A DNA stretch of 64,000 bases from Sphyrna mokarran (lineage: Eukaryota): assembly GCA_024679065.1 (NCBI GenBank), contig JAGIQG010000003.1, positions 88,784,001 through 88,848,000 of the forward strand. Reading direction: 5' to 3'. The notes beneath the pieces were generated by a model. That model was not told the origin of the DNA. It did not search any database and worked only from the letters and a program-made list of their open reading frames with translations. Both the position numbers and the translations under genes were made by a program. Shown here one piece after another: positions 50,456-62,560 of the stretch. The stretch's first letter is position 1. Each line of letters opens with the position of its first letter.

Positions 50456-51129
50456 TTTCTTCCTCCAGCCTCCATAGGTGGAAACCAGTTCTTATATATA
50501 GTTAAGGATAATGTCTTTGCCTATCCTCAATTCATAACAGCTGCTTTCACAATTATAGCACGCACTTCATGGTGACAAAATTGCAACATTAACGGAGATA
50601 TGTAACTTGTTCATGAAGTCTAAAGTGCAGGGATCCCCAAAGAATTGTCAATGGAAGCAGGGAAAAAAAAATGTCATCCTCGTGGTAAACTGTTTCCCCA
50701 GACAACATGGTTTGAGTGCTTTTGGTATCATGCAGCATTTTGTTTACGCCAATTGTGATACAATAAACATTGCCTTGATAATTGGAACTGTGAGCTTCTC
50801 TCATTGGAGGCACTCTATGGTAAACTGTGTGCAACAAGTCTTGCTGACCAAATTATCTCAATTTTTTTTTTTTTACAATTAAAGATGATCTTTTAGATTT
50901 ACAGAAACTTTGGTGGTGTTATCAGAAAGACAGATGGCAGACCAGAACTCTGTGTACCAACAAAAGTTGTCCCATAGCTCGCAGATCTCAGTTGCTTTAG
51001 AGGCTGATTGACACCATTATGCGATAGCCTCCGGAAAGCACAAAATCTTGTGGCACAGAAAGAACCATTTAACCGGTTGTGCTCAGATAGCTCTTTCAAG
51101 AGTTACCCAATGAGTCCCATCTCTTTCCC

Positions 51130-52910
51130 TACAGCCCTGCCCTTTTATTAATTCCCTTTTGATTATCCTTTATGGATGGCCAGAAACTGCCAGAGTAGCT
51201 GAAAGGAGATTGGAGAAAATGATCGATCACTATGGGAGTAACAGGAGATCCTCTCTGTCTAGGTAATGTGTCAGAAGGCCTGTATTGGGCCACTAAAGGA
51301 TCCCTTTGGGAGATTTGTGTACCCAAGTCACTACAGAGCTTTTAAAAAGGTACTTCTCATCAGACTTGAGTGCAGAAGATGATGAGTTTGCAACGGCATC
51401 GAAGGGATAAAAGCACCAAATGGATAACAGGATAAGAGATCTCAAAACAGTTCAGAATGCTATACTCTGAAGGTGCAGAGTAACCAAGGCCAAACTGACT
51501 TGAATCCTTGCTCAAAAATATTCAACAGCTTGCTGGGATCAGAGAGTGTTTCCACACAATGGAGAGAGGTCGACTTGCTAATTTTTTTTTTAAACTAAGG
51601 CATTGTCGGAATCTTGAAGCCATTATTCTGACTTCAGTTACAGATAATTCCCTTGAAAGGATCTAGGGAGATCCACAGCATAACCACATTGATACACAGG
51701 TGTCATTAGAGTATTTTCCAGAGAAAAGGAAATATCTGACCAACTTGGGTCAAATTTTTGAAGAAGTTGTAGGTTGTTAGATGGAAGGAGCCTGCATACA
51801 ACATAAATCTTGAACTTTGAGACTTTGACAAGATGCTACAAACAATTGGTTACTTAAGGTTGAGGCCCTGTGAGATTAGCAGGCAGATTTTCAGTTGGCC
51901 AAGGAATTGACTGCAATATTGCTAGCAGAAGATTCTTTATTAGTAGCAGCAATTGTGCATGGGGATTGATTAGTGGTTGAGTTTTTAGTTAATTATCATT
52001 CACTATCTGTATCAATAATCTCAATGAAGGCATTGTGATAACAACCTGCAGAGTGTGAATGGTACAAAGAATCATCCATCCTTTGGCAAGCATCAGATGA
52101 GAAAAATAGGATACAGGCAGATCAGGAGGTAATGGGGAAATTGACCCAAAGTTAGCTGCTTTCAACAGACATGAATAACTATGTTAAACATATGGGCAAG
52201 CAAAATCATGTAGCTACACACCATACAAGGTGACATGCTCAAGGCTATTGACCCTCAAACAGATCTGCGTATTACATGAATCTCTAAGGGTCAGTAACCA
52301 GTCGATTGAAAAAGCAAATAGAGTGTAGGGATCTATTACGAAGGTAATTCGATGCAAAACAAAAAATACTGTCTCTCTGCAAGGCCTGAATAAGGCCTAA
52401 TTTAGAAACCTGCATCCATTTCTGGCCTACTTATCTGGATGATATCAAGGACCAGAAGAGAGACATTAGCTTGATGCCTACTTTAATGGCTCTTAATCAC
52501 CATGCCAGACAGGAAGATGTCGTGTTTAACGCTAGAGAAACATAAAATTGATTGAGGGCTGTAAAATAATACAAAGAATAAAGAAAATTACAGCTCAGAA
52601 ATAGGCCCTTCAGCCCTCCAAGCTTGCACCGATCATGCTGCTGACTGAACTAAAACCGCCTACCCTTCTAGGGGCCATATCCCTCCATTCCCATCCTATT
52701 CACGGATTTGTTAAGACACCCCTTAAAAGTCAATGAAAGGATAGATTTTGCCCATGTGGATAAGTTATTTGAGCTAGTTAGGCAGAGGCATGAATGTAAG
52801 TAAGTGGATTAGATCATGCAATAATGGTGTCTGCAAAGATTCACTGCCTACAAAATAAATTGCCAACTCATGCCATTATTGCGGCTTTTCTGCACATATT
52901 CCAAAGGGTT
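51130..52910 (+). mobile_element. Old decayed CR1 LINE with nested CR1 tail at about 52572-52732
   Basis: Relics such as KANRV.G.I (52310-52340) and aggcctaatttagaa.cctgcatccatttctgg (RP.LE.C..FW). Confidence 0.6.
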
Positions 52911-53379
52911 AAATTACTAAGTTACTGTAATCCCAATAAAATTTAGGAGAATAGGAGAAAATATATAGCACAATCACCCATCAACATCTGGGACTTGATT
53001 AGTTGCTATCAGGAGTTGGAGGAACATTTCCCAAGCTATTCTACAAGATTTTATTTTGCTTGTCCCTGCAGGTGTGCAGCTGATGGTTAGGGAGCTACAG
53101 GTTACCACAGAATTGCCAACAGAAGTCTTGATAGCCCTTCCCCCTCCAAGATCTGTGTATGTTGGCATTCTGCACAGGGGCTCAAATGATATTCACTACA
53201 GCTAAACACATGACATGGTAAGCCACCAGCAGCACAGGGATGGGATACTGCTGTATGGCAGGAGTCTGGAGACTTCTGGACATCCTCCCATCTATACACT
53301 GAACTAACTAGGATTCAGCATGAAGAGTTGGAGGCCTCAATATGTGACCCCACTTTAGATAGCTTCCAAATTAAAAGAA

Positions 53380-54100
53380 AAAGAGACTTGCATTGATCCA
53401 ACACTTCTCATGAATACTAGTCAACTCAAAGCACCAGCCATCTCCAACTGCTTTTTGAAGTCAGGTCACTATTATAACATAGGAAGCGTGGCAGCCAATT
53501 TGCACTCAGTAAACCTGATGGCACAGTGGTTAGCACTTATGCCTCACTGCTCCAGGGACCCGGGTTCAATTTCCAGATTGGGTCATTGTAGAGAGCCTGC
53601 ACATTTTCCCCGTGTCTGCATGGTGCTCCAGTATCCTCCTACAATCCAAAAGATGTGCTGGTTTGCTGCATTGGCAGTGCTAAATTCACCGTCCGTGTCC
53701 CGAGTAGAGGTGTGGTGATTGGGGGATTTTCGCAGTAACTTGACTGCAGTGCTAATGTAAGCTTACTTGTGACACCAATAAATAAGCATATTAAACTTAA
53801 ACAAACAGTGATGTGAAAATGACCAAATCTGCTTTTGTGATGTTGATTGCAGAATAAATACTGGTTAGGATATCAGAACTAACTTCCTTGCTCTTCCTGA
53901 AAATAATGCTACGAGATCTACTACATACACTGAAACAGGCAGATGAGCCTCAGCATAAGTGCTCATCTGAAAGACGGCACCCTGGACAGTGCAGCATTAC
54001 CTCAGCACTGCATTGGGGTGTCACTATCTTTTTTTTTTTACTGGAGTGGAAATTGAACCTGGAAGCTTGTGATTCAGAGGCAAGTGAGCTGCCAGCTGAC
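53380..54100 (-). mobile_element. DeuSINE-like element split by a V-SINE insertion
   Basis: Tail gacttgcatt..., gcagccaatttgc (53491-53503), resuming at 53800 acaaacag...tcatctgaaagacggcacc...ctcagcactgcattgg...ttgaacc. An uninterrupted relative is at 59880-60295. Confidence 0.7.
53517..53800 (+). mobile_element. V-SINE (type B tail), nested
   Basis: GATGGCACAGTGGTTAGCAC...GGGACCCGGGTTCAAT head; tail GCAGTAACTTGACTGCAGTGCTAATGTAAGCTTACTTGTGACACCAATAAATAA. Confidence 0.85.
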
Positions 54101-54724
54101 ACTCGGATCCGGTGGCATGGTTCTACTGAATAAGGGATCCATAGAAGTGTCCTGAATATGAATTATCTGTTGGATATATTCATGTCACTCAAGTGTTGCA
54201 GTACTGAAGGTGAAAGTGAATCGGATGATTGATCTGTCATCACAAGAAGTTATTAAGATCAGCCTTTTGCACTGCTAGTAATGTTAAACTTGATTGCACG
54301 TGAACTGAACGCTAAAACAAACTTCTTTGATTTGAACTGTGTGGCCTATTCACATTGAGGGAAATGATGCGATTCATTATCGAACACTAGCACCATTGGA
54401 AGCAGATTCAAAAACCTGAAACTCAGAAGCCATATTCCGCCAGACTAAGATTGAGGGATAGGGCTAGCGGGGAGAAGGCTGGTGTCTTGTAAAAGAAAAT
54501 GACTTTTTCTGACTGACCAGAATTGACAACGGAGCAAAAGCCTCGGTTTCAATGTTCGGAAGCCGGATAAATCTGTGCATTCCACCCACAGCCTCCATTG
54601 CACTGCACTGCACACACCCGCCCCCTCCCCACTTCGGCCCTCCCCCTCAAATAAAGTGCCTCAACTGAATGCCACATGAAGGTGAAAATACTAAAATAAG
54701 CGATTTAACAAGTAAATTTTTGTT

Positions 54725-55015
54725 GTATTCAATCTTGGGATTTGGGTAACGTGGCCAGTATTTACTGCCCATTCTCTATCGTCGACTGGCTTGTCAGGGT
54801 CATTTCAAGAATCAACCACGTTGTCATGGATCTGATTAGTGAACCAAATCTTTTTTTTTTAAAGATTGACAATGGTTTCATAGCCTTCATTGGATTTTTA
54901 ATTCCAGGTTTTCATAGAATACAAATATTACCATTTGCCATGGTGGAATTCGAACCCAGGTCCCAGACTGTTAACTCTGGATTACTAGTCCAGTGACAAT
55001 AACACTATGCCACCA
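54725..55015 (-). mobile_element. tRNA-derived SINE (second family)
   Basis: ggaattcgaacccaggtccc...ggattactagtccagtgacaataacactatgccacc reverse head; same core and tail as 25985. Confidence 0.75.
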
Positions 55016-56409
55016 TTGTCAGCGATTTGTGAACAAGGAGCATTAAGCACATGCTGGCACTTATTTAATTAGGATTGCAGGAAATCAGTGCTTCTGAGCG
55101 ATGAAGACAGGTTCTTAGATTCTCTTCACCCACAACCCAAGATAAGTAGCCGACCTTGTAATCGCTCTCCACAAATCCAAACTAAATGACCAGCTCAAAG
55201 CAATTATACCAATCATCTACTGAACTGAATAAATAGCTAGTCTGCATCTGTCAATGTGGCTAACAATGTGTTAAACTTGACAAACTTTGGGATGAGCTAT
55301 TGACTGCACAGTTAACTGTACCACATCATAAGCTGTCTGCACAATTTCAAGCCATTGTGATTAGGTTCACAGTGCTCATATTCAGAGTAATAACTGAGCC
55401 TGATGAATCATTTTGATATCACTTCACAGCAATTAGAGCAATTGGAAATTGGATTCCAGAAGTAATTATACAGTAAACAAGTGCATTAGTTTCACATCCT
55501 GTTCCAGCTGCATTTCCGTTCTTCAGTTACTCAGGTGCTTACTGTTAACTAATACATATCTGAACCACAGTTACATTATCCTAATTTGCTTGAGGCACCC
55601 AACAATAAATTCTCGGGACTAACCCAGGAGTCATTCTTCTCCGAATAACCCATACAATATCCATTTACAACTAGAATAAACACACATGACCTCGGATGCC
55701 TGAAAGCATTTCAGCCACTTCAAATATGCAGACTGTCACTTCACCCAGAGCAAGGCTCCACAATAAGCAAGGTGGCAAAAGGACAAGATCTTTTGTTTCA
55801 CAGATTTTGTCTGTGGGGATATGTTCCAAACAGAATGCTAGTCGAATACCCTGCTCATCTTCAGAAATCCTTTACATCCAAATCCAACTGAACCTCCATT
55901 TAACATCTTCACTGAAAGACACCACATTTGACAGCACAGCAGGGTCTCAGTGCTGCAAAGTGTCATCAAACATACTACAATATAATCTTTGGAGCATGTT
56001 TTGAGTTAATCAATTTATGACTTGGATGCAACTGTGCCATCACCGAGTCAAGCCTAACTTTTAGGACAGGCTGTGATGGTCTCCATTTATAGCACAGGAT
56101 CACGACGAGTCATTTAATCTTGGCCCTTTCCCCTTAGAAATATAGGATTTAAACCAGTCCACGATACAGGAGTGGAGTGAAACGTTTAGGGGTTAGTATT
56201 AGTGGGATAAAAAAATCATAATTGATTTTAAATTAGCAGTCTTCTCAGAAACATTTTTGAAGGGTTATATACAAACTTAAAAATTTCAACTGTCGTGTAG
56301 CAGAGCTCAAAGCCAAGGTCCAAAAGGTTAAGTTCTGAAAGCAGGTTGCATGAGCTGGGGGTTGGATTCTCAGGAAACATGGGGGCTGACCTAACCGAGG
56401 GATGTCAAT

Positions 56410-56650
56410 GTTAAGAGGGTGGAGTAGGTAGATACGAATAAACTATGAGCAGGTCAGGTGAGGCACCGGAGAGTGAGGCACTTGAAGCGGGAGGGGGTGA
56501 AGAGAGGTGGTAAGAAAGTATGAGATGAGGTGAAGGAGTGAGAGGAGAGTTGGGGTATGAGAGTAAAGAGAAGTGAGGGCATAGCAGGGCTGAGGAAGGG
56601 GGCAAAGTGGGAAGGAGACAACAGGAGGTTCTAGGGAAGAGAAGCTAAAA
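56410..56650. repeat. GA-rich low-complexity tract
   Basis: About 240 nt strongly purine-biased on the plus strand (gagagtgagg, gaaggagtgagaggagag). Confidence 0.7.
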
Positions 56651-58814
56651 AGAACCGAGCAAGCTGTTAAGCTCATTTCTGCAGTAGAGGCTGCTGTCAG
56701 CATGCCAGGCAGCTGCCACTTTGCTTCACGCCTCGGATGTGAGAGGGTGCTGACAACAGCAAAGCGCATTCATTAGTGTCATAGTTTTCTACCCTTTTCC
56801 ATGTGCCGTCTGAGGGGTAATTTTATGCCCATCATTCAGTGAAATCAGAAAAAAGGCCAAGTTTAAGAAAACAAGCTCAGTTTGGTTTAGTCCCTTTAGC
56901 ATTGGAGGCACAATCAGAAGTGAACAAAATAAGCTAACATTCATTCCACAAAATAAATATCACTTTCATCGCGTTTAACACAAACGAAAGAAATTCTGAA
57001 TCGGAAGTCAGCCCTGACTAAAGAAAACCTCCCACCTGGGGAAGAAACAACCCATAGCTGCAGCTGTGATCTAGGGGGGCGAGTGTGCTAGGTGAAGGTT
57101 AAAAGTTGAGAACATTTGCTAAGAAACGCAGTGTGTCTAACAATAGAGCTGGGCTGTGAAATATGAGGAAGAGATCTCTCTTCAGATGCAATCGATTAAA
57201 AGTTTGTTCCCTTTCCTCCCACTCCTTAATTTCTTGGAAAAGCAGTGGGTTTTCCCACCAATTAGCTCAGCAGTCTCTCTCCTTTAAAATGTGCAGGATT
57301 TGATGAATCATTGCAGCAAGATTTAGAAGATTTTAAAAGACTTTTTAAAGATTTAGAGTTAAAGGGGCGAAAAAACTAAAAATCTCACATGGGTAGAGAC
57401 TTTGACCTGGACCATCAGGGCTCCGTCCAAGAGGAAAGAAGATAGCCCACTATAAAAATTGTGGGCAGGACCAGATTTCAAAATTCCTACTGCCTCCCCC
57501 CTCCCCATTTCACCAGCACGGGACAAGGTGCGACACATGCAGTACGCCTGCCCTTGCCAGTTTCATCATTGCATGGGGCGTTTCAACTACCTCCCCTACC
57601 ACCCCTCTGTAATTTTGGGGTAGGCTCATTCCTTTAGTAAATATGGTTAACCGAACTTCTGAGGAATCATGAATTATGGCAGAACCCCAATTTTACGTCG
57701 GCAACCAGAAGAAAAACTTAACAGTCCCCTGGCTTTTCTGACTGTCTCAAAGTTGTCAATTTCAGGCAGTGAAAACTTCCATTAATTAATCCACTTCACA
57801 CTTCATTCTAATGTAAATAAACACACATGCACTGAGAAACCCCAACTAAATAACTAATTTCAAGGTAGACATGTCACTCAAACAAAGCTTGCAGTCTGCT
57901 CTGAAGCTGCATCAACATTGCCTGTAGAGCTAAATGCTTTAGTCAATCTTGGAGCTTAGCCAAGCATTCAAAATGAGGCCTTCTGGAAAAACAGATGTCA
58001 AGCCAGCTGCTCTGCCTGCTATTGTTGATACAGTTGCCAAGTAGCATCATTATGAATGCTGCGCTCCAAGACTAACGAATGCATTTAACTCAGTACACAA
58101 GGCTGACAACTTCAGAGCAGAATACAAGCTTTTTTGATTGATATTCCTAGCACCTTGTAGTAAGTTATTTGCTTAATATGGTTTTTCAACGCTTGTGTGT
58201 TTAGTTACAAATGATTAAAAGGGACCGAAGTGGACGTAAGCTTCTAACATGGACTCTGTGAATGGTTGTGGTTGATCGACACTTAAACTACTGCCGTACT
58301 TGAGGTTGAAAGCTTTTTTTCAAAGCATCTGCTTAAGTTGCTGATTTCAGGAAAACTTCAGGGACTTTTCAATAGCTTAGGTTGTATGTGTAACGAACAC
58401 AGAGTGGATATTGAGGAGGCATGAGGGCAGGAGGGAATGAGGGATATTAGGGTCACGAGGGGATGAGGAGGTCAGGGTCCATCCATTATGATTATAATTG
58501 AGTTTGTGACTCAATAAAATGAAGACAGCACTTCTAATCTGCTGCTTCAGCATCTGCCAACCTCGCCCCTTTTCCAGAGGGAATGGGCTCAACTCCATTT
58601 CACCCCTCATTCCGTCAGAATGAAAATATGGCAGACTGGGGCCTCCTTAATAGAGACAAGTATGCAAATTCAGTAACTTTCCTAACTCTTGCTTCCTTCC
58701 TATCCCTGTCGTGAAAATCCAGCACTTTATTTCGCAAAAGACTGTTTCCCCTTCCAAAATTTAGTCACGATACAGATGCATCAGCCATGACAGTGATAAT
58801 CTTCACAGCTAAAT

Positions 58815-59170
58815 TACGTGATTGTGGGTTCAAGTTCAAATCCAGAGTCTTGAATGCATAATCCAGGCTGCAACTCAAGTGCAATTCTTAGTTTTCAATG
58901 AAACGTTAAATGCATTCTTCCCCACTTGCGGTCTGACTTAAAAGGTCCCAGTTGAAGGGGGAGTTTGTACTCGTCTCCTGAGCGTAGTTTATTTCAGAAT
59001 TAGTGCCTAAAACAAATAACAATATGCTAATGACCAGATAATCTGTGGGAGCTTACTGTGCTCAAATTGGCTGCTGTATTTCCCCCATTGCAGCAATGAT
59101 ACCAACTTCAGGAAAAAAAATAATTGGCTGTAAAGCACCCTGGTACATTTGGGGATAATAAAAAGTACCA
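58815..59170 (+). mobile_element. DeuSINE-like fragment
   Basis: GTGGGTTCAAGT head relic and TGTGGGAGCTTACTGTGCTCAAATTGGCTGCTG...ATTGGCTGTAAAGCAC core/tail. Confidence 0.6.
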
Positions 59171-59879
59171 TTAAAACAGGAATCTGGTCTGTTCCTCTCA
59201 CACAATAGAATCCAAGAACCTCGGCTGAGGTCACGTGGCCAGTGTATGTGAGTTTGCTGCTCTCAGAGTACATTCTCTTGTGCTGCCTGGGTTGGGAAAG
59301 GATTAAACTCATCCAACAAGTTCAAATAGTGGCCACTCCCTAATATCGAAACCACTGATCCCTCCCCCCGTGTAGAGCACTGTGTTCTCTCAGCTCAAAC
59401 TGCAGATCACTCCGTTTTGACACAGGTGAAACAAAAGGCTAATTTTTCTTCCAGTGGCAAACATCCCAGCTACTAAACACACATCCTGTTTAGACTCGTT
59501 CTTGTCCATCAGTATTTCACTGTGTTACTGACTGACAAACAAGGCACACCAGAGTTCAACGCCCTCTGTGCAGAATACAATCCAATCATTCACAAGGAAA
59601 GTACCTTTACGTTGCATTAAAGATTCTCACACCCTGTTCTTTGAAAGAGGTTTAGTAATTACACCTGCTCTCCATGGTGCCAAAGTGTTGTATTTATTTT
59701 GCAGGATGGATTTCGCAACCAGAGAAAGCTGCACAAATGTAATTATCTTTCAGTCAAAAGCATCAGGCAAAATCCTACTTCAGGAGGCTTGGTGCCCAGA
59801 CAGCAGTGAATTGGGTTCTTCCTATTATTGGTTCACCTCTAACGCAGCTCTTGAGAAAGGAGACAGCACTGCAGTTTAA

Positions 59880-60295
59880 AGAGAGAACTTGTATTTCTAC
59901 AGCACAACCTTGGGATGTCCCAAAGCACTTTGCAGTCACAGAAGTATGGCCACTGTTGCACTGTGGGTAACTATGCCAACCATTTTGTGCACAGCAAGAT
60001 AATGAGATCCTAAAAAGTTGGCCTGTTTTAGTGAAATTAGTTGAAGCATAAATATAGGCCAGGACACTAAAGAAAGCTACCGTGTTCTTAGTCAAATTGT
60101 GTCATGGGATCTTGTACATCCACCTGAGAGGATAGATAGGGATCCTGTTTAATATTTAATCTGACTACAGCGTCTCAAAGCACCTTTACAGCATCAACAG
60201 CGCTCCCTCAGTCAGCTGAGGTTGTCAGCTTTAAGTCTCTGGAATGGGACCTGAATACTTAACTTCTGATTGAGAGGTGAGAGTACCACAAGTAG
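59880..60295 (-). mobile_element. DeuSINE-like element, near full length
   Basis: aacttgtatttctacagc...gatgtcccaaagcacttt...ggccaggacac...catgggatcttgtacatccacctgagag...ctccctcagt...cttctgattgagagg. Confidence 0.7.
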
Positions 60296-60962
60296 CACTC
60301 TGCACAACAACAAAGACCAGGTTACAAGCAGAAGTGGGGTGCACATACTGTTTTGAGGAAAGTCATAACCTAATAGATTGGCTTCGTCTCTTGCACTTTG
60401 AACTGGATTCGATGTTTGGGTCAAACTTCGTTCCAGACTTCAGCAGACAACTCAGGCTCAGAATTCAGTGCAGGACTGAGGGAGTTCTATCTTGTCGAGG
60501 ATGCCATCTCACAGATTTGGGGTTTAAATGAAGAACACTCCAAGCCTGCCCTCATTATCAAGAAAATCTTAAATCAGGCTTCATGGTTAGTCTGTACCAA
60601 TTTCCATCACATACTCCATCCAACAATTGCCTCTAGACTTGCGCATATCACTTCCAGTAAGGGCTGAATCAAAAACGGGATGAATCAAGATTATTATAAC
60701 AGTGGCAGCCATTCAGCCCATCATCTTTATGCTGATTCTCTGTACAACAATCCGATCAGTCCCCTTTTCCCACTGCCCTGCAAACTTGTATCCCTGCCCA
60801 CTGCCCACCCTCCCCCTCCTAGTTTGGTCCACCCAATTTTCAAAATTATTGATCATTTGTCTCCACCTCTCTGATCAGTAGCAAATTCCACGTTACTATC
60901 ACTCGCTGATGTGATGATTGTGTGCTATTGCTATGGAGATATACACCTATATAGCTTTTTAA

Positions 60963-61314
60963 GATGGCATAGTGGTTAGCACTGCTGCCTCACAGCATCA
61001 GGGATCCTGGTTCAATTCCAGCTCGAGTGAGTGCGGAGTTTGCAAATTCTTCCCAAGTCTGTGGGGGTTTCGTCCAGGTGTTCCAGCTTCCTCTCACAGT
61101 CCAAAGGTGTGTAGGTTAGTTGGATTGGCAATGCTAAGTTGCCCCTTAGTATCCAAAGATGTATAGGTTAGATGGATTGGCCATGGTAAATGTGTGGTAT
61201 TACAGGGATAGGGAAAAGTGATGGACCTGGGTAAGATGCTCTTTCAGAGAGGTGGTGCAGACTTGATGAGCCAAATGGCCTGCTCCTGCAACAGACCAAT
61301 TCTATGATTCTATG
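60963..61314 (+). mobile_element. HE1-like V-SINE (type A tail), full length
   Basis: GATGGCATAGTGGTTAGCACTGCTGCCTCACAGC head; V-domain; tail GTGCAGACTTGATGAGCCAAATGGCC...TTCTATGATTCTATG. Confidence 0.85.
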
Positions 61315-62309
61315 TTTAAGGAGACTGTTTGAAAGTTCTGTTTTTTTCTATAGTCACTATGTCTGGACAGAATATAGCTCAGATACTGGGAAAGCAGAGT
61401 AATTACTCATTTAAACCATGCAGTGTTTACTTAGGAGAGAGCTAATGGATTTTATTTCACAAAACAAAAAGATCCCATGGGGTTATTGATAAAAAAAAAT
61501 GAACAATGGGTTTAGATTGATAAAGTCATATGATAAACGTGGTTAATGAGAAGAACTCAGCATGTAGGAGAAAGAACAGAGCTCTGGCTGGGGTTTGTTT
61601 AAGCCTTAGATCTGCAAGCTGCTCTCTCCACAAAATCTCTCCGAAAGCTTCAAGACTAATTACACTCCTTACAGCAAATTTATTTATGGTTGCTAATTGT
61701 GTTTAAGGTGATTAAGAATGTAAGAAAAACATTTTTTTAATTGGAACTGAAACAGTGATAAGTTATAAATTAAGTTATTTCTTTCTATGATTCAATATTG
61801 TTCAACCAGGTAATTGTTAAGCCTGCTTCATTCGTTAGAATTATAATTAAACTATAAAATTTGTTTTACTATACAAGATCCCTAATTTGTCAGTTGAATT
61901 ACTCCTCAAGTAATGCATCCTATCTTCACATTTCCGCCAAAATAGAAAAACTGTTGAGATGTAGTCTGGTTCCATAATAAACCTTGGGGTTCAGGTCCAG
62001 ATTGTTAACATGGAATAAAAAAAGTTCTTCCTCATAAGCTCCTAAATCTCTTGCCCAAAACCTCAAATCAACACCCTTTATCTTTGTGCCATCAGTTAAT
62101 GGCAACACAGTTGGTCCTGATCTACCTTATTTAAACTCATTTTAACTTTGTACACACTTCTATCCAGACTCTCTAGTTTCCTTTGCTCCGAGGAGAACAA
62201 ACTCAAAAGTCAAACATGGTTGTAAAAACAACTCTCAACACCCCCTTTTTCTACCGCACTATCAGCTGCATCTTCGATCACACAGACTCTCCCAGTTATC
62301 TTGGGAAAG

Positions 62310-62560
62310 ATAATTTAGGACTTAGACAAAGAGAATTTTCTTCACTCAGAGTAATGAATCTTTGAAAGAGGGTCATGTACTACTCCATTGTTAAATACAT
62401 TCAACAGTTGGACTGACAGATTTCTGGTCTCTTGGGGAATTAAGGGGATATGGGAAATAAACGGGAGAGTGGAATTAAAGTCCAAGGTCAGCCCTGAGCA
62501 CTTTGAATGGCTCAACAGGTCTGAAGGGTGTGTAGTCTATGCCTGCTCCTATTTCTTAAG
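62310..62560 (+). mobile_element. CR1 LINE 3' end
   Basis: TTTTCTTCACTCAGAG..ATGAATCTTTG (FFTQRV.NL) and CR1-type 3' UTR; an antisense CR1 fragment lies just upstream (about 62020-62270). Confidence 0.65.
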
